From contig CBDUNF010000003.1 in the NCBI GenBank assembly GCA_965368515.1, positions 1 through 44,769 on the forward strand: DNA of 44,769 bases. Reading direction: 5' to 3'. The notes below the pieces were generated by a model, which did not search any database, was not told the DNA's origin, and saw nothing but the letters and a program-made list of their open reading frames with translations. Position numbers and translations under genes: made by a program. Every line of letters begins with the position of its first letter. Positions within the stretch are counted from its first letter, which is position 1. This DNA comes from an uncultured bacterium. Lineage in GTDB: Bacteria; Actinomycetota; Acidimicrobiia; Spongiisociales; UBA5794. Below, in pieces: positions 9,303 through 18,916 of the stretch.

Positions 9303-10493
9303 TCAGTCCTTCGCCGACCGCCAGGCGGCCCGCAGCTTGGTCTTTTTGCCGGACTGCAGGATGGCGCCGCGGTAGATCCGGCCGCCGAGTTTCACCAGGA
9401 GCGCGGTTGTCACGATGAGGAGCGCGATCGCAACCACAACTTCCCAGACAGGAACCTCCGATGTTGTGGAGCGGACTGCCATCACCATTGGCGACCAGAA
9501 CGGGATGAACGAGGCGATCCGGTTGAACCAGAGATCGGGTTCGAGAAGAGCCATCTGTCCAAAGAAAAAGCCAGGCAGTATCAAGAGCACCGGCAGCATC
9601 GCCACGCCCTGCATGTCCTCTTGACGCGAAATGGTTGCCCCGAGCGCACCGTACATGAAGCTGTAGAAGGTGTACCCGAGTAGGTACCACAGGATCAGCA
9701 GTCCGAGCACCTTGACCCCAAGACCGGTCAGGTCGAAGTCCGCGAGGTCGGCAACCGAGACGGTGAAGATCAGCGCACCACCCAGGGCGATGATCTGGAT
9801 GAGGCCAAGCAGACCGATCCCGAGCACCTTTCCGATGAGCACCTGGGTTGGCCTCACGCGGGAGAGAACGACCTCGACCACCCGGGTCTGTTTCTCCTCC
9901 ATGACTCCCATCATGACGAACTGGCCGAACATGAGAATCGATATGTACAGCAGCATCAAGCCCACGAGTGCGGCGATTTCCGTTGCCTCGTCCTCTTCAG
10001 TTTCCACGGGTTCGACAGTCCGCTCGCTGAACTGAACCGGGAACAACAGGGCGCCGACCTCGTCTGCCGAGAGGCCCATGTCCGCCGCTGTGATCTGACG
10101 TTGGGTAGTTGCGATCCCCCCGGTGATTGCGGCGGAGAGGGGCAACGAAGACTCCTCCTGGAAGACGAGTTCGGATGTGTCATTGATGATTGCAGCGATT
10201 TCGCCCTCGGCCAGCGCCGTTTCCGCCGTTGCGATGTTGTCGAACGATTCCAGCTCGACATCAATGTCCAGCAGGGCTCCCTGTTCCACGATGGCTGCGT
10301 CCGCCCCACTCGGCAGGTCGCCGACCAGCCCGATGATGCTGGGGCCATCGTCACCGCTGGCGAGAGCGATCACCGGTCCAAGAATCACGACTATCCCGAC
10401 CGTGAGCACCATCGCCATGAGGAATGCCTTGCTCTTGGCCCGTTGCGTGAAATCTCGCTTGGCGAGTTCGAAGATCTGGCGGGTCGGGCTCAT
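9303..10493 (-). CDS. ABC-2 type exporter permease (NatB/YhaP-like)
   Basis: VMEEKQTRVVEVVLS..P...LIGKVLG, IPFWSPMVM and GRIYRGAIL motifs. Overlaps the ATPase gene by 4 nt. Confidence 0.9.
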   Translation of the reverse strand: MSPTRQIFELAKRDFTQRAKSKAFLMAMVLTVGIVVILGPVIALASGDDGPSIIGLVGDLPSGADAAIVEQGALLDIDVELESFDNIATAETALAEGEIAAIINDTSELVFQEESSLPLSAAITGGIATTQRQITAADMGLSADEVGALLFPVQFSERTVEPVETEEDEATEIAALVGLMLLYISILMFGQFVMMGVMEEKQTRVVEVVLSRVRPTQVLIGKVLGIGLLGLIQIIALGGALIFTVSVADLADFDLTGLGVKVLGLLILWYLLGYTFYSFMYGALGATISRQEDMQGVAMLPVLLILPGFFFGQMALLEPDLWFNRIASFIPFWSPMVMAVRSTTSEVPVWEVVVAIALLIVTTALLVKLGGRIYRGAILQSGKKTKLRAAWRSAKD

Positions 10494-11371
10494 CGTCGCA
10501 CCGCCTCTCGGAACAGGTCTGTCAGGTTGGGTGGCTCAAAGGCGAATCGAGTCACCTCTCCCTCTGCGGCCGCTTTCTCCAGGATCGGCCCGATGTCGGC
10601 ATTGCGCCCGAGCACGTAGCGGTGACGGCTGTTGGCAACGGCAGTGTCGACACCTCTGATTGGTGCAGTCCACGGCAGACCATCGACCTCGACCTCCAGG
10701 AAGCGGGTGGGCGAACTGCGGCGGAGCTCGGTGACCTCGCCGTTGAGGACGGCAGTGCCGTGGTCGATGATCACCACGTCCTGACACACGTCTGCCACCA
10801 GATCCAACTGGTGGCTCGAGAACACAATGGCGGTCCCGCGGGCGGCGAGGTTGCGAAGAACGTCGGCCATGGTCTCAACTCCGAGCGGATCAAGACCGGC
10901 AAACGGCTCATCGAGGACGGCCACGATCGGGTTGTGCACCAACGCACATGCAAGCTGGACCCGTTGTTGGTTCCCGTGGGAGAGCTCCTCGAGCTTCGAG
11001 TCGGCGCGGTCTTGCAGGCCGAGCTCGTTGAGCCAACGACCAGCGGCCCCGGCCGCCTCTTGGTTGCTCAGCCCGGAGAGCCTTCCGAAATAGGTGACCT
11101 GCTCACCGATCCTCATCTTTGGGTAGAGCCCTCGTTCCTCCGGCATGTAACCGAAGCGCAGCTTGGTCGCCTCATCGATCCTGTCGCCATTCCACGTGAC
11201 GTGACCGGCTTCGGGGTTAATGAGACCGAAGACACAACGCATAGCCGTTGTCTTGCCCGCACCGTTTGGTCCGAGGAATCCAAGGATTCTTCCGGGGTGA
11301 ACGTCGAAGCTGAGTCCGTTCAGGGCGGTGACGTCACCAAAGCGTTTGTGAAGATCATCAAATACAAGCAT
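10490..11371 (-). CDS. ABC exporter ATP-binding protein (YhaQ/NatA-like)
   Basis: Walker A GPNGAGKTT, YMPEERGLYP, signature LSHGNQQ, Walker B VLDEPFAGLDP and SSH switch. Confidence 0.95.
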   Translation of the reverse strand: MLVFDDLHKRFGDVTALNGLSFDVHPGRILGFLGPNGAGKTTAMRCVFGLINPEAGHVTWNGDRIDEATKLRFGYMPEERGLYPKMRIGEQVTYFGRLSGLSNQEAAGAAGRWLNELGLQDRADSKLEELSHGNQQRVQLACALVHNPIVAVLDEPFAGLDPLGVETMADVLRNLAARGTAIVFSSHQLDLVADVCQDVVIIDHGTAVLNGEVTELRRSSPTRFLEVEVDGLPWTAPIRGVDTAVANSRHRYVLGRNADIGPILEKAAAEGEVTRFAFEPPNLTDLFREAVRR

Positions 11372-11475
11372 GCCTGCCTCCGACTGCTAAGTGCTAGTTC
11401 AGCGGGTTGCTCCACCGGTCGCAAGTGGCTGGATTCAGCATTGTGTATGTGCATCAATCCTCCGAACGAAATCGC

Positions 11476-11506
11476 TTGACCCTCACGTAACGTGAGGGTG
11501 TACCGT
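11476..11506 (+). promoter_or_regulatory. MerR-type promoter/operator of tipA (-35 TTGACC, 19-bp spacer, -10 TACCGT, 10-bp dyad)
   Basis: TTGACC at 11476-11481, a 19-nt spacer, then TACCGT at 11501-11506. Perfect inverted repeat ACCCTCACGT-A-ACGTGAGGGT at 11479-11499, closely resembling the Streptomyces ptipA operator. The ATG follows 6 nt after the -10. Confidence 0.9.
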
Positions 11507-11512
11507 GCCTAT

Positions 11513-12271
11513 ATGGCAGAAGAACTGACAGTCGGAGCCGTGGCCCGATTGGCCGGAGTAACTGTGCGCACGTTGCACCACTATGACGAGATCGGTCTGG
11601 TGGAGCCTGCCGGGCGCACCGATTCTGGGTACCGAACGTACGGCGCCAAGGAGTTGGAGCGACTCCAGGAGGTGTTGTTCTTCCGCGAGCTGGGGTTCTC
11701 GTTAGAAACGATAAGAGACATAATCGGGCGGCCCAGCTACTCGAGGGCGGCCGCCCTGGAACAACAACGCGAGTTGCTCGTCATGCATGCGGATCGCCTG
11801 CTGACGATGGTTGATGCCATCGACCGAGCCGTGCTCGCCGAGACAACGGGAGTCAAGATGTCAAGTGAAGAGATGCTCGAGGTCTTTGGGGATTTCGACC
11901 CGGCCCAGTACGAGGAAGAGGCCAAGGAACGCTGGGGCGAGTCCGATGCTTTCAAGCAGTCGGTGCAGCGGACTTCCGGCTACACCAAGGATGACTGGGT
12001 CACTATCGGTGCCGAGAACGACGCCATCAACCAGTCCTTCCTCGCTCTGATGGCTGCAGACACGCCCGCAGATGACCCGGCTGCGATGGATGTCGCCGAA
12101 CAGCACCGAGCCCACATCACCAAGTGGTACTACGACTGTTCGATGGAGATTCACGCCGGTTTGGGCCAGATGTACGTCGCCGATGTCCGCTTCAAGGAGA
12201 ACATCGACAAAGCAGGCGAAGGCCTCGCCGAGTACATGTCAGCCGCCATCGCCGCCAACGCGGCGCGGTAG
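11513..12271 (+). CDS. tipA: MerR-family regulator with TipAS antibiotic-recognition domain
   Basis: N-terminal MerR HTH (TVGAVARLAGVTVRTLHHYDEIGL). C-terminal TipAS-like EVFGDFDP..YEEEAKERWG...YDC...LGQMYVADVRF. Start moved to the ATG at 11513. Confidence 0.92.
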   Translation: MAEELTVGAVARLAGVTVRTLHHYDEIGLVEPAGRTDSGYRTYGAKELERLQEVLFFRELGFSLETIRDIIGRPSYSRAAALEQQRELLVMHADRLLTMVDAIDRAVLAETTGVKMSSEEMLEVFGDFDPAQYEEEAKERWGESDAFKQSVQRTSGYTKDDWVTIGAENDAINQSFLALMAADTPADDPAAMDVAEQHRAHITKWYYDCSMEIHAGLGQMYVADVRFKENIDKAGEGLAEYMSAAIAANAAR

Positions 12272-12296
12272 GGACCTCATTCTGGGAGTTCATCCA

Positions 12297-12325
12297 CACC
12301 GTCCCCCGACAGTCGGGGGATGGTG
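12297..12325. terminator. Strong GC-rich hairpin between convergent tipA and histidine kinase genes (putative terminator)
   Basis: CACCGTCCCCCGA-CAG-TCGGGGGATGGTG, a 13-bp stem with one G-U pair. No U-tract, which is common in Actinobacteria. Confidence 0.6.
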
Positions 12326-12346
12326 CCCCGCACTCGTGCCGGCAAT

Positions 12347-13549
12347 CTAGGCGATGGCCGGCGCCTCGCTGGAAACGAAGGGCAGGGCAATCAAGAACGT
12401 GGTCCCTTCGCCGGGTGTACTCTCGAACGAAAGGTTTCCCCCGTGCTCCTCGATTACCGAATGAGCTATGGCTAGACCCTGACCTGATCCCTTTCCAACG
12501 TCCTTGGTTGTGAAGAATGGTTCGAGAATGCGGTCCTGGATGCTCGCAGGAATCCCCGCACCGTCGTCAGCGATCTTGATCACCACATCGTCGTCTTGCA
12601 CGAAGGTACTGACGCGTATTGCGCCTCTCTCCCCGGGCGTGATTCGCTCCTCGATAGCGTGAGCAGCGTTCACAACGACGTTGAGGACAACCTGTTTGAT
12701 CGGACCCGCCAGGATCGGGACCTTGGGGATGCGGGAGTCAAGGCCGCTGAGGTCCATTTCGGCCACGTTCTTCCACTCGCCTCGGGCAACCGCACAGGTG
12801 ACCGTAATGAGTTCGTTGAGGTCTTCCTCCACCTTCTCCGTCGACCCCGGATGGGCAAAGGACTTGAGCGCCTTGACGATCGAGGCCACTTGGCCGATGC
12901 CTTCCAGGCTTTCCTCGATTGCACCGGGGACCTCCTCAGAGAGGAATTCCACGTCGGCTTGATCGGCAACCGCGTTATAGGCCTCGACGATGCCGGCGAC
13001 CTCGCTCACGTCCCGCACCGCATCCGCAAGATGAGATGCGGCAGACGCTACGTTGAGCAGACCTGTGAGCGACTGCTCGACAAAGCGGGTGTTGTCGCTG
13101 ATGTACTGGATCGGAGTGTTTATCTCGTGTGCGATGCCGGCCGCAAGCCCTCCGATTGCCTCGAGCTTCTGGGCGTTCAGCAGTTCGGCTTGGGTCGCGG
13201 AGAGAGTATCCATCGCGTTCTGGAGTTCGGCAGTTCGAGTACGCACGGTCTGCTCGATCGACTGCCGGATCCGAACCAGGCGGCTGTGAAAGTGGCCTAT
13301 CGCGTAGCCCGTCACGCCGAGTACGAAGGGCGCCAGATCCACTATGTACAGGACAGGTTGTGCGGCGTGAGCCTCGCCGATCCCATTGACGCTTGATGAT
13401 GACATCGCCGCTAGCCATCCGAACAGTGGGAAGGACGCTCCAAAGACGGTGGCCGCCAGCAACCAACGAATCTGGATGCAGCGCTGCCGGCTGGCACACG
13501 ATTGGTCGGGGCTGGTGGGGCAGTCGTGAGTGTCGGCAGACGGGGTCAT
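12347..13549 (-). CDS. Membrane sensor histidine kinase (NtrB-like core)
   Basis: QKLEAIGGLAAGIAHEINTP H-box, NVVVNAAHA N-box, DDGAGIP and PFFTTKDVGKGSGQGL. Two N-terminal TM segments. Start moved to the ATG at 13549, which overlaps the upstream stop. Confidence 0.93.
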   Translation of the reverse strand: MTPSADTHDCPTSPDQSCASRQRCIQIRWLLAATVFGASFPLFGWLAAMSSSSVNGIGEAHAAQPVLYIVDLAPFVLGVTGYAIGHFHSRLVRIRQSIEQTVRTRTAELQNAMDTLSATQAELLNAQKLEAIGGLAAGIAHEINTPIQYISDNTRFVEQSLTGLLNVASAASHLADAVRDVSEVAGIVEAYNAVADQADVEFLSEEVPGAIEESLEGIGQVASIVKALKSFAHPGSTEKVEEDLNELITVTCAVARGEWKNVAEMDLSGLDSRIPKVPILAGPIKQVVLNVVVNAAHAIEERITPGERGAIRVSTFVQDDDVVIKIADDGAGIPASIQDRILEPFFTTKDVGKGSGQGLAIAHSVIEEHGGNLSFESTPGEGTTFLIALPFVSSEAPAIA

Positions 13550-14619
13550 AACAGCACTCCCTCCGGGTGGCCGGCGATGGCGCCCGGGTTGTCTTGGTGA
13601 TGCTCCTGCATCAACGGAAGATGGAGTTCGAACGAAGTCCAACCGTCGTCTCGGCTGTACAAGACCTCACCGCCCATCAGTCGGGCTAGCTTCCGACTGA
13701 CCGTCAACCCGAGACCGATGGACTCGGTACGACCGGGGTCGTCGTGGGCCGTACCAAACGGGGAGAAGATGCGATCGAGGTGACCATCGGGAACCCCGGT
13801 GCCGTTGTCTTTAACGGCAAGTACTGCGATGTCGCCCTCCGCATAGACCTCAACAATGACCTTCTCGCCTCCATACCGGTCGGCGTTGGTGATGAGGTTC
13901 CGAACGATCTGGTGAATTCGAACGGCGTCGCCGACCGCGGTTACCTCTTCAATCCGGGTCGGATCAACATCTACCTTGCAGACCTCGATCATCCTGCACA
14001 GTTCCTCGTCGAGCCGTAGCTCATCCGCAGCGATCGACAAGTGTCCATTCTCGACACGGGCAGCCACGAGGAGGTCCTCGACGATGGCTGCCACTTCCTT
14101 GCTCTCACTGGAGATCAGACCGAGGAGCTCGCTTTGCTCGCCTGGAGAGATCTCCGTATCCGGCTCGATGAGCGTTTGGGCCAGCCCGACTACCGACGTG
14201 AGGGGCGTGCGTAGCTCGTGGCTGACACTGGCAATGAAACGATCCTTCTCGGTTTGGACGGCAGAGAGATGTGCAAGAGCCTGCTCGAGTTCTGCCGTTC
14301 TCCTGTGGACGGTTTGTTCAATGGAGTGCCTGGTCTTGAGAAGACGAGCATGGAAGTGGCCGATGACAAAACCCGTCACGCCAAGCACCAGTGGTGCCAC
14401 ATCGACGATGTAGAGGACAGGCTGAGTGCGGTGGGCCGACGCCAATCCAGCTGCGGCTGAGTCCGCGGTTGCGACTAGCCAACCGACGATAGGGAACAGG
14501 GCGCCGAATACGGCGCCGCCAATGAGCCATCGCGTTTGGACGCACCGTTGCCGGTTGGCACATGGTGCTGTCGCGGCGTCGCAGGCGTGGTCGGAGATGT
14601 CTCCGCCTGGGGCGGCCAT
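13546..14619 (-). CDS. Membrane sensor histidine kinase (HisKA + HATPase_c)
   Basis: FIASVSHELRTPLT H-box, NLITNADRYG, DNGTGVP and GLGLTVSRKLA. The N-terminal two-TM module is homologous to that of the downstream kinase. Confidence 0.93.
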   Translation of the reverse strand: MAAPGGDISDHACDAATAPCANRQRCVQTRWLIGGAVFGALFPIVGWLVATADSAAAGLASAHRTQPVLYIVDVAPLVLGVTGFVIGHFHARLLKTRHSIEQTVHRRTAELEQALAHLSAVQTEKDRFIASVSHELRTPLTSVVGLAQTLIEPDTEISPGEQSELLGLISSESKEVAAIVEDLLVAARVENGHLSIAADELRLDEELCRMIEVCKVDVDPTRIEEVTAVGDAVRIHQIVRNLITNADRYGGEKVIVEVYAEGDIAVLAVKDNGTGVPDGHLDRIFSPFGTAHDDPGRTESIGLGLTVSRKLARLMGGEVLYSRDDGWTSFELHLPLMQEHHQDNPGAIAGHPEGVLL

Positions 14620-14720
14620 CCTGTGTTGCTCCTTAGATCAGTCTCTTGTCCTGTCGGCAGGCCCGATGGTGCGATAAGCGCGCTGGTGGGCTCGCTGTGG
14701 CGCCCGGTTAGGCTGCCCGC

Positions 14721-15449
14721 ATGCCCGTTCAGCTGTTTGTAACTTGCTTGGTCAACAGCCTCTATCCGAATGTGGGTAAGGCGACGGTTGCCCTGCTGGA
14801 ACATGCCGGGTTCGCGGTGCAGTTTCCGTTCGACCAGACGTGCTGTGGCCAGCCGGCGTTCAACGGGGGCTTTGCCGCCGAGGCCAGGACTCAGGCGAAA
14901 CAGACGCTCGATGTGCTGGATGCCACTGAAGGACCCATCGTGATTCCCTCGGGCTCGTGTGCGGCGATGATCATCCATCACAACGCCGAGCTACTCGCAG
15001 AGGATGCCGAATACGCGGCGAAGGCGGATCGGGTTGCCGCCCGCACCAAGGAACTCACGCAATTCCTGGTTGAAGATGCCGGGCTGGAGTTATCTGGAGC
15101 AGGGTGCGACGGGTGCACCGCGACGTATCACGCTTCGTGTCATGGTTTGCGCTGGCTGGGGGTTCTCGACGAGCCAAAGGACCTGTTGCATGAGGCCGGC
15201 GTCCACCGTGTTGACCTCGAGGGCGAGGATGAATGCTGCGGTTTCGGTGGGCTCTTCTCGGTCAAGGCTCCCGAAGTGTCGGCTGCGATGATGGATACCA
15301 AGATCAAGGCCATCCAAGCCAGTGGCGCCGACGTCGTAGTTGGTGTCGATGTGAGTTGCCTGATGCACATTGGTGGCGGGTTGAAGCGCCGCAACAGCCC
15401 GGTCGCCGTCAAACACGTCGCCGAACTCCTTGCCAAGGACCTCTTGTGA
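14721..15449 (+). CDS. lutA: L-lactate utilization protein A (CCG-domain Fe-S protein, LutA/LldE)
   Basis: LFVTCLV, QTCCGQPAFNGG, PSGSCAAM, YHASCH, CCGFGGLFSVK and DVSCLMHI motifs. Confidence 0.93.
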   Translation: MPVQLFVTCLVNSLYPNVGKATVALLEHAGFAVQFPFDQTCCGQPAFNGGFAAEARTQAKQTLDVLDATEGPIVIPSGSCAAMIIHHNAELLAEDAEYAAKADRVAARTKELTQFLVEDAGLELSGAGCDGCTATYHASCHGLRWLGVLDEPKDLLHEAGVHRVDLEGEDECCGFGGLFSVKAPEVSAAMMDTKIKAIQASGADVVVGVDVSCLMHIGGGLKRRNSPVAVKHVAELLAKDLL

Positions 15450-16834
15450 AGCCGATCACCTTCCGCGGTCGAATTCAAGATGCCTTCGCCGAGGGTGTTC
15501 CCATTGCGATCAACAACGGCGCCCGCGGTCACTACAACAAGCGGGTGCTGGCGTCAGCAGCGTTCCCGCAGATGGAGGACATGCGAGATCGGGCGCGGCT
15601 GATCCGAGCCGAGGTGCTCAGCAGCCTCGATGAGCATCTGGCGACGTTCGCCGACTCGGTGGAGCGGCGCGGTGGCTCGGTGTTCTTCGCTGCAGATGCG
15701 GCGGAGGCCAATGAATACATCGTGAACCTGGCTAGGGCCGAGGGAGTCACGAGAGCAGTCAAGGTCAAGTCGATGGTCACCGAGGAGATCCATCTCAACG
15801 CGGCTCTGGAAGCTGCCGGCGTCGAGCCTGTCGAGACTGACCTTGGCGAGTTCATCGTCCAGCTCGCCGGGGAGACGCCGTCCCACATCATCGCTCCTGT
15901 GCTGCACAAGGACCGATACGACGTGGGCAAGCTGTTTGCGGAGAAGCTCGGCGTCGAATACACCGACAAGCCGTCAGAGTTGAACGACATTGCCCGCACA
16001 CACCTTCGCGAGCGGTTCTTGACCGCCGAGATGGGGATCAGCGGAGCCAACTTCGCCGTGGCTGAGGATGGGGCGATCGCTCTCGTCACCAATGAGGGCA
16101 ACGGCAGGATCTGCACCACGGCGCCACGAATTCATGTCGCCGTGATGGGGATGGAGCGGTTGGTGCGAGACCGGGCTGATCTTGCGGTGATGCTCGAGGT
16201 CTTGGCGCGATCGGCAACCGGTCAAGCGCTGTCCGTCTACTCGAACATCGTTTCCGGACCACGACGTGCCGGTGAGCCCGATGGCCCGGATCAATTCCAC
16301 GTTGTGATTGTTGATAACGGGCGGAGCGCAACGTTGGGTTCGGCGGTTGCCGAGATCCTCTACTGCATTCGTTGTGGTGCCTGCCTCAACGCCTGCCCTG
16401 TGTATCGGCATGTGGGCGGCCATGCCTACGGGTCGGTCTATCCGGGGCCGATCGGCAAGGTTGTTACCCCGTCTCTGTTCGGTTTGGAACACTGGCATGA
16501 GCTGCCGTCGGTTTCATCCTTGTGCGGAGCCTGCGAGGAGGTGTGCCCGGTGCGCATCCAGATCCCCAAGCTTCTCGTCGAGTTGCGGCAGCAAACCACG
16601 GCCCACACGCCGCGCTCTATCCGGTTGGGTCTTGCCGGGTATGCCTGGCTGACCACACGGCCGCTGCTATTCCGCGTTGTCACGCGAGGTGCCGCGCTCT
16701 TTGGTCGCCTCTGGGGCCGGGACGGCTGGCTGCGCAAGATCCCGTTCTTGCTACGCGGCTGGACGGAGAAACGAGAGATGCCGGCCCCGGCCGCGCAGAC
16801 ATTCAGCGACTGGTGGAAACACCGTGAGACGTGA
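15446..16834 (+). CDS. lutB: L-lactate utilization protein B (LUD domain + 4Fe-4S, LutB/LldF)
   Basis: KVKSMVTEEI, ETDLGEFIVQL, PSHIIAP, CIRCGACLNACPVY and SSLCGACEEVCPV. GTG start at 15446 overlaps the lutA stop. Confidence 0.95.
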   Translation: MKPITFRGRIQDAFAEGVPIAINNGARGHYNKRVLASAAFPQMEDMRDRARLIRAEVLSSLDEHLATFADSVERRGGSVFFAADAAEANEYIVNLARAEGVTRAVKVKSMVTEEIHLNAALEAAGVEPVETDLGEFIVQLAGETPSHIIAPVLHKDRYDVGKLFAEKLGVEYTDKPSELNDIARTHLRERFLTAEMGISGANFAVAEDGAIALVTNEGNGRICTTAPRIHVAVMGMERLVRDRADLAVMLEVLARSATGQALSVYSNIVSGPRRAGEPDGPDQFHVVIVDNGRSATLGSAVAEILYCIRCGACLNACPVYRHVGGHAYGSVYPGPIGKVVTPSLFGLEHWHELPSVSSLCGACEEVCPVRIQIPKLLVELRQQTTAHTPRSIRLGLAGYAWLTTRPLLFRVVTRGAALFGRLWGRDGWLRKIPFLLRGWTEKREMPAPAAQTFSDWWKHRET

Positions 16835-17462
16835 GCAGTTTCTGGGTCGTGTGAGCAGCGCTCTGCGAGGAGCGGAACTTCCCGACGTTTCCGGTCCCGC
16901 CCACGCCCCCGAGATCATCTTCGCCGATCCCGTCGCGAGGTTCGTCGCACAGGCGGAGAGTGTTGCCGCCGATGTAGTTCGGGTGACCGGTGGACTTGGT
17001 GCCCTTGCTGCGGTAGGGACCACCTTTGGCGGAGAGCGAGATTACATCGCATGGGATGGCCTGGAGGAGATCGTCCCCGGTTGGAACCGGTGGGTATCCG
17101 AATCCGGCCGGAACCGGGTTGATGCCGATGTTCGGGACCGGGCTGCGGATCACGAGCGTGTCGGGGCCGTGACGATCGGCGTTACCACTGCCGACGTTGC
17201 GATAGCGGCAAGTGGTTCGGTCGTGCTGGCCCACGGGCCGGGCAGGCCTAGATCTGCCTCGCTGCTGGTCGAGCGCCACATCGTGCTGTTGCCAATTGAC
17301 CGGATCGTCCATTCCCTGAGCGAGGCGCTCGACCGTGTTGGATGGGACGACAACTCGAACATTGCTGTGATAACAGGGCCCAGCCGCACCGGTGATATCG
17401 AGTCGATTCTCACCCTTGGCGTGCATGGGCCCCGTCATCTTCAAATTGTTTTGATTGGTTAG
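16824..17462 (+). CDS. lutC: L-lactate utilization protein C (LUD domain, LutC/LldG)
   Basis: GSVVL...RSASLL..HI and ITGPSRTGDIESILTLGVHGP motifs. GTG at 16824. Confidence 0.92.
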   Translation: MRREQFLGRVSSALRGAELPDVSGPAHAPEIIFADPVARFVAQAESVAADVVRVTGGLGALAAVGTTFGGERDYIAWDGLEEIVPGWNRWVSESGRNRVDADVRDRAADHERVGAVTIGVTTADVAIAASGSVVLAHGPGRPRSASLLVERHIVLLPIDRIVHSLSEALDRVGWDDNSNIAVITGPSRTGDIESILTLGVHGPRHLQIVLIG

Positions 17463-17474
17463 CCGGCGTTGTCG

Positions 17475-17957
17475 CTACTCGACCGGCGTCACCACCAGCG
17501 TGCCGTCGACCATCTCGCCGAACACGCTCACTGCGTTGTCCGTCCAGGTGACATCGCCCTCGGTCTTCAGATCGTCAGGATCGATCTGGTCGAGGCTGGT
17601 CAGCGTGACGCTGGCGCCACCGCACTGCGGAGGGAATGACTCGGCGAGCGCCTCACACAGACGTGATTCGCCCGCAACGTCAACGAGGAACCCCGTAACG
17701 GTCACTTGACCCGAAGCGCCGGCTGCGTCGGCAATGCTCAGGACCGCCACAGGCTCTTCATCGACTCCCGGGGCGGGGAGGTCTTGCGGCTCGCCACCAG
17801 GCGTGTCGTTGCAGTCCGGTTCGCCAACCAGGCACGTCGTGGAGATGTCCGGTTCGACACCGTCGTTGACCGGGAGTGCCGCGGCATCATCGTCACCACC
17901 GCCGCACGCCGAGGCCATCAATGCGAGTGCGGCCAAGAGCAGGAATACCTTCTTCAT
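17475..17957 (-). CDS. Acidic lipoprotein of unknown function
   Basis: MKK, hydrophobic core and lipobox MASA-C. Paired cysteines in CLVGEPDC and LCEALAESFPPQC. Confidence 0.8.
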   Translation of the reverse strand: MKKVFLLLAALALMASACGGGDDDAAALPVNDGVEPDISTTCLVGEPDCNDTPGGEPQDLPAPGVDEEPVAVLSIADAAGASGQVTVTGFLVDVAGESRLCEALAESFPPQCGGASVTLTSLDQIDPDDLKTEGDVTWTDNAVSVFGEMVDGTLVVTPVE

Positions 17958-18017
17958 CTTTCATCCTTTGGTTCTCGTGATGATTTGACGAAAGGTGACC
18001 GGGCTTTGGTTCCCGGC

Positions 18018-18875
18018 TCAGAGGGCTTGATACCACGAGCGGATTGCCCGCCCGATTTCGTCGGGGGAGTCCTCCTGGATGAAGTGGATGCCGCTCACCG
18101 TGACCTCGGTTTGGTTGGGCCACGAACGACAGAAGTCGCGGGCCGCTCCGGTGAGAATGCTGCCGGGGTTGGCGTTGACGAACAGCTTGGGCAGGTCAGA
18201 GGAGGCCAGCCACCTGCCGTAGTCCGACACGATTGCATGCACATCTGCCGGCTCGCCCTCGATCGGAATCTGGCGCGGCCACGTCAACGTTGGCCTGCGC
18301 CGCTCGCCGCCGTCCAGGTACGGCGCCCGATACGCAGCCATCTCTTCGTCGTTCAGGTCTCGGATGATCGATGCCGGGAGGATGCGTTCGACGAAGACGT
18401 TCTTCTCAATCACGATGCCCTCGCCGGCAGGAGATCGCATTGCTTCGAATATGCCGCGGGCAGTCTCCGGCCACTCACCCCACGTGATCGGCATGACGAT
18501 GGCCTCCATGTAAGCGATGCCCTTTACGCGGTGACGGTTCCGGTTCGCCCAATCGAAGCCGAGACCGCTGCCCCAGTCGTGGATGACGAAGGTCACGCGA
18601 TCGCCGAGATCGAGATGTGCGAGCAGTCCGTCGAGGTACTCACGGTGCTCGACAAACCGGTAGCTATCGGGACCCGAGTCATCAAGCGGCTCCGAGTCGC
18701 CCATCCCGATCAGGTCGGGGGCGATGCAGCGCCCGATGTCGGAGAGATGCGGGATGATGTTGCGCCACAGGTACGAAGACGTCGGATTGCCGTGTAGGAA
18801 CACGATCGGGTCGCCATTCCCCACATCGACATAAGCCATCCTCTTGCCGTTGACCGTCGCAAACTGCTTCTCCAT
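18018..18875 (-). CDS. dhaA: Haloalkane dehalogenase (HLD-II, LinB/DhaA-like alpha/beta hydrolase)
   Basis: [14 protein letters not shown], nucleophile motif VIHDWGS, AYMEA acid, TLTWPRQIP and [10 protein letters not shown] catalytic His. Confidence 0.93.
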   Translation of the reverse strand: MEKQFATVNGKRMAYVDVGNGDPIVFLHGNPTSSYLWRNIIPHLSDIGRCIAPDLIGMGDSEPLDDSGPDSYRFVEHREYLDGLLAHLDLGDRVTFVIHDWGSGLGFDWANRNRHRVKGIAYMEAIVMPITWGEWPETARGIFEAMRSPAGEGIVIEKNVFVERILPASIIRDLNDEEMAAYRAPYLDGGERRRPTLTWPRQIPIEGEPADVHAIVSDYGRWLASSDLPKLFVNANPGSILTGAARDFCRSWPNQTEVTVSGIHFIQEDSPDEIGRAIRSWYQAL

Positions 18876-18916
18876 TGGTGCCCTCCTCGCTCCGGCTTCG
18901 AGAGTACCGGGTCGGC

